Shown piece after piece: positions 58,300-64,000 of a stretch of DNA of 64,000 nt. How positions within the stretch are numbered: the first letter of the stretch is position 1; each line of letters begins with the position of its first letter. Origin of the DNA: an uncultured Prevotella sp. (lineage in GTDB: Bacteria > Bacteroidota > Bacteroidia > Bacteroidales > Bacteroidaceae); the NCBI GenBank assembly GCA_946415755.1, contig CAMKTS010000002.1:63703-127702 (forward strand). Direction: 5' to 3'. Below the pieces are notes generated by a model. That model saw only the letters and a program-made list of their open reading frames with translations, had not been told where the DNA came from and searched no databases. Position numbers and translations under genes: made by a program.

Positions 58300-61206
58300 A
58301 TGAATACTTGGAAAGCGAATCTCGAAGAGACGAAGAAACACTATATTGACTGGTGGAACCACAAGGGTATTGTGCTCAATATGTGGGAACACTTTCAGGA
58401 GGGCGTAAAGCCACATGCCGATATTCCTGCCCCCCAACCCTACCGAGACCTCAACCAGCGATGGTTCGACCCAGAGTGGCGGGCGGCGTATCTGGATTGG
58501 TATGTGGCCCATTCTTCTCTGATGGCCGATATGTTGCCGGTGGCCAATACGCAGTTGGGACCAGGTTCGTTGGCAGCCATCCTCGGCGGTGTGTTCGAAG
58601 GTGGCGAGGATACCATCTGGATTCATCCCGACCCCAACTACAGCGACGATATCAAGTTTGACCCCAATCATCCGAATTATCTACTCCATAAGGAACTGCT
58701 TAAAGCCTGCAAGCAGAAGGCACAGGGCCACTACTATGTGGGCATGCCCGACCTGATGGAAGGCCTTGATGTGCTGGCGGCCATGAAGGGTACTGACAAG
58801 GTGCTGTTGGATACCGTGATGCAGCCAGAGGTGCTGGAACATCAGATGCAACAGATCAACGACATCTATTTCCGTGTGTTCGACGAACTCTACGACATCA
58901 TCCGCGAAGGCGACGAGATGGCGTTCTGCTATTTCTCCTCATGGGCACCAGGCAAGATGTCGAAGCTACAGAGCGACATCTCGACGATGATCAGCGTTGA
59001 TGACTACCGCAGGTTTGTACAGCCGTTTATCCGCGAACAATGTCAGAAGATTGACTATACGCTCTATCACCTCGACGGGGTAGGGGCGATGCACCACCTT
59101 GATGCCCTCTTGGAAATCAAGGAACTCAACGCCATCCAGTGGACACCCGGTGTGGGAGAACCGCAAGGTGGCAGTCCCAAATGGTACGACCTCTATCAGA
59201 AGATTCTTGCCGGTGGCAAGAGCATCATGGCCTGCTGGGTGACGCTCGACGAGCTTCGCCCCTTGCTCGACCATATCGGCGGCGACGGTGTACACCTCGA
59301 GATGGACTTCCACAACGAGCGGGAGGTGGAGGAAGCCATGCGGATAGTGGATGATTTCAAGACCAGCCGCAACCTGCATCCTGCCGACATGCAGGACGAT
59401 GCCGACCGCGAGGTGGAGGAAATCATCCGCCACATCGAAGAGTGTTTCTCCGGAATATCCGGAAAGTCCGGAATATCTGGCCCCCCCAGATTATCCGACA
59501 GTGCCGAGGCTCGTGTCCTCGTCCTCGACGGCGGTATGGGTACGATGATTCAGCAGTACCAGTTGCGCGAAGACGACTACCGGGGCGCGCGCTTTGCCAG
59601 TCATCCGAAGGAACTGAAGGGCTGCAACGATGCGCTGTCGTTGACGGCTCCCTTCATTGTTCGCGACATCCACCGCAAATATCTGGAGGCCGGTGCCGAT
59701 ATCATCGAGACCAATACCTTCAATGCCCAGCGCATCTCAATGGGTGATTGGGGGCTGCAGGACTGCTGTCGTGAGATGAATCTGGCTGCCGTCAAAATTG
59801 CCCGTCAGTGCGCCGACGAGTTCTCATCGTCTGACAAGCCCCGCTATGTGGCTGGCAGCATCGGTCCTACCAGTCGTACCGTCGTCAGTGAAAAGTTAAA
59901 GGGAGACAGTTCACTATTTGCTGCCGCACTCCGTGAAGCCTACGAGGAACAGATTGCTGCACTTGCCGAGGGTGGTGTCGATGTCCTGCTCATCGAGACC
60001 ATCTTTGATGTGGAGAATGCCCGTATCGCCATCGAGGCAGCACGAAAAGTTGCCCCTTCGCTACCCATTATGCTGAGCTTTAACGTTACCACGGCTGATG
60101 GTCACAATATGCTGGGGCAGGACATCTGCGAATTTTTAAACGAACAGTTAAGAGAGCAGAACGAAGCATTCTTCTCCGTAGGCATCAACTGTGTGAGTGA
60201 TGTGGCTCAGATGACTCCCCTTGTCTGCCGTCTGGCTCAGTTTGGTACGAAGGTAAGCCTTTATCCCAATGCCGGCGTGCCCGATGGCAACGGCCATTAT
60301 AACAAAACTCCAGAGAGCCTGTTGGCCGATGTCTGGCCATTATTGGATGGGCACTGTCTGAACATCATCGGCGGCTGCTGTGGCACCACTGATGCACATA
60401 TCCGACTGATGGCAAAAGCCATACAGCCAGTGCCAGGCATCTTCCTGTCACCGTTGGATTACAATAGCGCGAATGTAACTAGTACCTCTAGTCTTTCTAG
60501 TCCAACTAGTACCCCTAGTCCAACTAGTCAGACTAGTGAGACAAGCGATACAAGCTCCGCAGATCCTGCCGGGCGTCTCTTCGAGGCCATTCTTCACGGC
60601 AAGAGCGACGATGCTGCTGCTGCCACAAGGGATGCCATCGCCCAGCAGATTGCTCCGCAAGACCTCATCAACGGTCAGATGATCCGTGCCATGAGCGAGG
60701 TAGGCCAGCGTTTCCAGGATGGCAAGGCTTTCGTTCCCCAGCTGCTGATGGCTGGTCGTGCCATGAAGGCAGCCCTTGAACTGCTGAAACCCATGATGGC
60801 CGGTGCTGCCTCCACATCGTTGGGCAAGGTGGTCATCGGCACCGTCAAGGGCGACCTGCACGACATTGGCAAGAACCTTGTGGCCTCCATGCTCGAAGGC
60901 TGCGGCTTCGAGGTGGTGAATATCGGTATCGATGTCTCTGCTGACACCTTCATCGAGGCTGTGAAGCAAAACCAGCCCGACATTCTCTGTATGTCGGCCC
61001 TGCTGACCACCACCATGGGTTATATGAAGGATGTCATCGATGCCTTGGAGTCTGCCGGCATCCGCGACCAGGTGAAAGTCATGGTAGGCGGCGCCCCTGT
61101 CACCCAGGGCTTCGCCGATGAGATTGGTGCCGACGGCTATAGCGACAATGCCAACAGTGCCGTCACCGTCGCCAAGCAGTTAATGCAACAAAACAGAAGA
61201 CAATAA
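58300..61206 (+). CDS. Fusion: UroD-like methyltransferase, homocysteine S-methyltransferase, B12 cap and cobalamin-binding domain (no pterin or reactivation domain)
   Basis: N-terminal QLGPGSLAA...YHLDG...IQWTPG; middle LDGGMGT, GADIIETNTF, GINC, YPNAG, GGCCGTT; C-terminal FVPQL, GTVKGDLHDIGKN, SALLTTT, GGAP. Confidence 0.88.
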   Translation: MNTWKANLEETKKHYIDWWNHKGIVLNMWEHFQEGVKPHADIPAPQPYRDLNQRWFDPEWRAAYLDWYVAHSSLMADMLPVANTQLGPGSLAAILGGVFEGGEDTIWIHPDPNYSDDIKFDPNHPNYLLHKELLKACKQKAQGHYYVGMPDLMEGLDVLAAMKGTDKVLLDTVMQPEVLEHQMQQINDIYFRVFDELYDIIREGDEMAFCYFSSWAPGKMSKLQSDISTMISVDDYRRFVQPFIREQCQKIDYTLYHLDGVGAMHHLDALLEIKELNAIQWTPGVGEPQGGSPKWYDLYQKILAGGKSIMACWVTLDELRPLLDHIGGDGVHLEMDFHNEREVEEAMRIVDDFKTSRNLHPADMQDDADREVEEIIRHIEECFSGISGKSGISGPPRLSDSAEARVLVLDGGMGTMIQQYQLREDDYRGARFASHPKELKGCNDALSLTAPFIVRDIHRKYLEAGADIIETNTFNAQRISMGDWGLQDCCREMNLAAVKIARQCADEFSSSDKPRYVAGSIGPTSRTVVSEKLKGDSSLFAAALREAYEEQIAALAEGGVDVLLIETIFDVENARIAIEAARKVAPSLPIMLSFNVTTADGHNMLGQDICEFLNEQLREQNEAFFSVGINCVSDVAQMTPLVCRLAQFGTKVSLYPNAGVPDGNGHYNKTPESLLADVWPLLDGHCLNIIGGCCGTTDAHIRLMAKAIQPVPGIFLSPLDYNSANVTSTSSLSSPTSTPSPTSQTSETSDTSSADPAGRLFEAILHGKSDDAAAATRDAIAQQIAPQDLINGQMIRAMSEVGQRFQDGKAFVPQLLMAGRAMKAALELLKPMMAGAASTSLGKVVIGTVKGDLHDIGKNLVASMLEGCGFEVVNIGIDVSADTFIEAVKQNQPDILCMSALLTTTMGYMKDVIDALESAGIRDQVKVMVGGAPVTQGFADEIGADGYSDNANSAVTVAKQLMQQNRRQ
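59449..59502. repeat. 9-bp-period repeat at the first domain junction of the fusion
   Basis: tccggaata tccggaaag tccggaata tctggcccc cccagatta tccgacagt (SGISGKSGISGPPRLSDS). Confidence 0.7.
60478..60555. repeat. 9-bp-period CTAG repeat at the second domain junction of the fusion
   Basis: actagtacc tctagtctt tctagtcca actagtacc cctagtcca actagtcag actagtgag acaagcgat. Confidence 0.78.
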
Positions 61207-61211
61207 CATCT

Positions 61212-61400
61212 TCACCGTCTGTGCGCGTCACACCTCCCGCCTCGCTCCGTAAAGTGCCTCTTTAAGTGCAAATGTGAGCTCATTAATAACGGTTCCTTTG
61301 TTGCTTTCCTGCGCATGACAAACTGGCTGGCCTGCCTAAAGTTGCCGGCGGTGTACCCCAACGACAGCCCTCATGACTTACAAGACTGCAAGAACCCATT
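61212..61400 (-). ncRNA. Candidate structured RNA (~107-nt rod) followed by a possible 23-aa ORF
   Basis: TACCTTTG -7 box at 61409-16 on minus with no large gene downstream; nested pairing GGTTCTT/AGGAACC, TTGC/GCAA, TCTTGT/GCAGGA, CATGA/TCATG, GGCTG/CAGCC over 61291-61397; ORF 61283..61212 MSSHLHLKRHFTERGGRCDAHRR. Confidence 0.5.
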
Positions 61401-61543
61401 TGTGGCTGCAAAGGTACGAAGTTATTTTGGACTGTGCAAGAAAACCGGTGGGGTCAGGATAAACCTAAATTCAAATCGTTCTGTTTTGCCATGCTTTTGG
61501 GCTATGTTTTCGGGCCGTCCAAGCCATTAAAAACAGCCACCCT

Positions 61544-61906
61544 GCACTGCCTACACTGACCGCTGAAAATCAGGCACTTACATACCAGGCACCCTACACT
61601 GGAGGCTACACCTGAGGCTGCACTGAACGGCGGGGTGGTGAATGATGTTCCCATACACCAACCAGTCACAAGATTTTGTCCCATGCATTGGGATTTTTTG
61701 TGAGGAGGCCACTCACGGAAATGAGGAGCCTCTTCACGGAAATAAGTAGGCCACTCACGAGAATAAGTAGGCTACTTATTGGAATTAGTAGCCCACTTAT
61801 GGAGGTGTTAGTTGAAGAATTTTCCAGTGTAGCCTCAGGTGTAGCCTCCAGTGTAGGGTGCCTGGTATGTAAGTGTCTGATTTTCAGCGGTTAGTGTAGG
61901 CAGTGC
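61544..61906. repeat. Non-coding element B: 82-bp inverted arms (79/82) around five 21-bp tandem repeats (MITE-like)
   Basis: Arms 61544-61625 and 61825-61906; 21-mers at 61702-61806 (gaggaggccactcacggaaat and variants); each arm has taagtg(t/c)ctgattttcagcggt(t/c)a. Confidence 0.88.
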
Positions 61907-62558
61907 TACCTGCTTCTTTTCTTTTGCGCTTGTAGCACTGCTGGAAGTCGCAGAGTCCGCAAGTGTAGTCAAGATGCCGCACGCAGGAGCCCAGTCCGAT
62001 GATGCCGCTGACGCTTTTGATGGGCACCATCAATGAGGAGGGGGTGAGGCTGATGCCACAGGTGTGGCCACCGAAGAGGGGGAAGAGTAGCTGCTGCTGG
62101 GAGACGTGCCAGCCGCAATAGCCTGGCGAGAAGCGGTTGGTATGGTGCCAATGGAGTTTGTCGATGCTCTCCTGCAGGCTCTCCTCCATGCAGTCGGCAC
62201 ACCGCTCGGCAATGACACTGCCCAGGGCATCGACAATGAACACACGCACCATGTCGCCCTCGTTGTTCAGCTGCTGCTGGTAGGCCTCGTAGTCGGTACC
62301 GGCGGTACAAACAAAGAGCGCGTAGGCCTCGGAGCCTTGCAACTGGCGAAGGATGATGTTGCCCATGTCGAAAGCAGGGAGTTCACGAACGACGAAGTAG
62401 CAGAACGCAGGGCGCAGCCACCCACGGACTTCATCGATGATGGCCTGCGTCTCGCGACGGGTCGCCTCGTCGGGGGCGTTGTCATGATAGCCCATCTGCT
62501 CGTACACATCGGCAGGGGTTATCCTGAGGTCATCGTAGGTCAGCGTCTTCTCCGTCAC
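61884..62558 (-). CDS. Stand-alone methionine synthase reactivation (AdoMet-binding) domain protein
   Basis: DALGSVIAE, RFSPGYCGW, LMVPIKSVSGIIG, C-terminal CGLCDFQQC. Confidence 0.85.
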   Translation of the reverse strand: MTEKTLTYDDLRITPADVYEQMGYHDNAPDEATRRETQAIIDEVRGWLRPAFCYFVVRELPAFDMGNIILRQLQGSEAYALFVCTAGTDYEAYQQQLNNEGDMVRVFIVDALGSVIAERCADCMEESLQESIDKLHWHHTNRFSPGYCGWHVSQQQLLFPLFGGHTCGISLTPSSLMVPIKSVSGIIGLGSCVRHLDYTCGLCDFQQCYKRKRKEAGSTAYTNR

Positions 62559-62574
62559 TCTTAATTCTTAATTT

Positions 62575-63600
62575 TTAATTCTCACCTCTAACCTCTCCGT
62601 TGTTCCAGTGGTCGAGGGCCTCGAAGAAGGCATCGATATTCTGCATGGGCGTGTGGGGCGGGGTATCGCAACCGCTGGAGAGCACAAAGTTGGGATAGTG
62701 CTTCATCTTGTCGAGTAACTCGCCGACAGCGTGGCGCATCTCGTCGGGTGTACCGTCCTTAAACACGCTGACAGGGTCGATGTTGCCCATTGCCAAGGCT
62801 GTGGGGGGAACATCACGGATGACCTCCTCCATGCGGCACTTGTTGCCGAAATGGTAGGCGGCAGCACCTGTCGACACCATTGCTTGCGTACACTGGCCGG
62901 TGTTGCCGCAGTTGTGGAGGATGACGATGAAGTTGTCGTCCTGTACCTTGTCAACAATGTACTTGACGTATGCAGAAGAGAAATTCCGGCAGTCATCGTC
63001 GGACAGCAGACCGGCTGCAGGCTCGGCCATCAGCACGCCATTGGCTCCCGTCTGTTTCAGCGCCTGACAATACTTTTCAATGAACTGCGTACATTTGGCC
63101 AACAAGGTATGAGCAGAATCGGGATTCTCATAGATGAGCATCATCACCTCTGACATATCATAGAGACGGCCAGCCAGCGAGAAGGGACCGATACAGCCAG
63201 CAAACAGCGGACGGTCGGTAATCTCCTTGGCTGCCAACAGGTTAGCCTTCAGATACTGGGGGATACGGCCAGCAGACAAGGAAGGAACTTGGAGCCTGTT
63301 AATGCTCTCGACATCAGGCAACAGGCGACTCGACACGGCAGGCACGGCCTCATCACTGAAGGCTATCTCGGCTCCGAAGGCCTCAGCTTCCGTTGTCAAA
63401 TCCATGATAGTAGCAGCCGCCACACTGGGATAGCGGCGGGTGAGCGCCATGACAGCCTCATAGTGGATGCGTCCGTTGCTGACGGCCTCACGTACCGTAT
63501 GCCCATTCAGTTCAATACCGGGATGTGTCATCACCGGTATGGCAGCCACTTCTCTGCGTTGGATGATGTCGGCCACCCACTGCCTCATGTTTCTCTTCAT
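62575..63600 (-). CDS. UroD/MtaA-CmuA family methylcobamide methyltransferase
   Basis: MDLTTEAEAFG, GPFSLA, AEPAAG, Zn motif HNCG...SSGCD, GNIDP. Confidence 0.88.
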   Translation of the reverse strand: MKRNMRQWVADIIQRREVAAIPVMTHPGIELNGHTVREAVSNGRIHYEAVMALTRRYPSVAAATIMDLTTEAEAFGAEIAFSDEAVPAVSSRLLPDVESINRLQVPSLSAGRIPQYLKANLLAAKEITDRPLFAGCIGPFSLAGRLYDMSEVMMLIYENPDSAHTLLAKCTQFIEKYCQALKQTGANGVLMAEPAAGLLSDDDCRNFSSAYVKYIVDKVQDDNFIVILHNCGNTGQCTQAMVSTGAAAYHFGNKCRMEEVIRDVPPTALAMGNIDPVSVFKDGTPDEMRHAVGELLDKMKHYPNFVLSSGCDTPPHTPMQNIDAFFEALDHWNNGEVRGEN

Positions 63601-63627
63601 GTCTGTATCGGTTTGTTTTAGTTTGAA

Positions 63628-63987
63628 TCAGAAAGCATCAATGATATGTTCTATTTCTGGCTCGCTGCCAGGCATTCCCACCACGCTGATGATGTCGAAA
63701 CGGATGTCAAGGTCAACGTGATGAAGCTTCACATAGTAGTTTGCCAGCAGTCTGAGATTGCGTATTTTCTCATAGCCTACCGCATCGACAGGGTCGGTGA
63801 ACAGTCGGTTGCGGCGTGCCTTCACCTCGACGAATACCAGGGTATCGGCGGCTGGGTCGACGGCAATGATGTCCAAGTCGCGATGGCCTTGCTTCCAGTC
63901 ACGCGCAACGATGGCATAGTCTTTCCCTTGAAGATAGGCTGCTGCCACCTCCTCGCCCCACTTTCCCAAGTCGTTGTGTGCTGCCAT
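63628..63987 (-). CDS. yraN: YraN-family putative endonuclease
   Basis: LGKWGEE.A..YL, DLDIIA, VFVEVKAR, RFDIISV, DAF. Confidence 0.9.
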   Translation of the reverse strand: MAAHNDLGKWGEEVAAAYLQGKDYAIVARDWKQGHRDLDIIAVDPAADTLVFVEVKARRNRLFTDPVDAVGYEKIRNLRLLANYYVKLHHVDLDIRFDIISVVGMPGSEPEIEHIIDAF

Positions 63988-64000
63988 ATTGAGATGTCTT

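Noticed and set aside
58300-61206. Calling the fusion canonical metH, or a metH pseudogene
   Set aside because: No pterin or AdoMet domain and an extra N-terminal barrel, yet the frame and Zn/B12 ligands are intact.
61207-61420. Cobalamin or SAM riboswitch, or SRP RNA, next to the B12 genes
   Set aside because: It lies downstream of both flanking genes; no B12-box (GGGAA...GCCACTG...GACCTGCC) or SRP CAGG-GGAA-AGCAG motif seen.
61702-61806. 21-bp repeats as a CRISPR array, or the 72-aa ORF 61676..61894 as a gene
   Set aside because: Head-to-tail repeats without spacers; the ORF is a by-product of 21-nt periodicity and the inverted arm.

Overview
This is a 64-kb chromosomal segment of a Bacteroidales bacterium, most likely a Prevotella/Xylanibacter type. 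The evidence is TAnnTTTG -7 promoters, AT-rich leaders without Shine-Dalgarno motifs, Bacteroidetes-type C-terminal secretion tails and EF-G2. No rRNA, tRNA, CRISPR array, transposase or integrase was seen. Left part: two GH43 hemicellulases sharing an upstream operator, two Cache-HAMP sensors (one a pseudo-kinase), serB, an LRR-dockerin surface protein, an S9 peptidase, a THUMP rRNA methylase, a PAS kinase, an ATP-grasp/HAD/DUF5686/NTP-transferase operon and a LacI regulator. Middle: a ~24-gene aryl-polyene/flexirubin-like type II FAS/PKS cluster (23.0-52.9 kb) with a B12 radical-SAM enzyme and no ammonia-lyase, split by a GH31 block. Right part: EF-G2, hemW and a corrinoid methyl-transfer locus. 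Most notable: (1) a UroD-like methyltransferase/homocysteine methyltransferase/cobalamin-binding fusion with no pterin domain, a candidate folate-independent methionine synthase, beside a stand-alone reactivation domain and an MtaA-like protein; (2) two ~360-390 bp non-coding elements of different sequence but the same architecture (long inverted arms, a CTGA-N3-TCAG-type palindrome, central 21/22-bp repeats); (3) three candidate unannotated small RNAs; (4) repeated in-frame insertion of short palindromic, 7-mer and 9-mer repeats into proteins. All product names come from motif recognition by eye; no database search was run.
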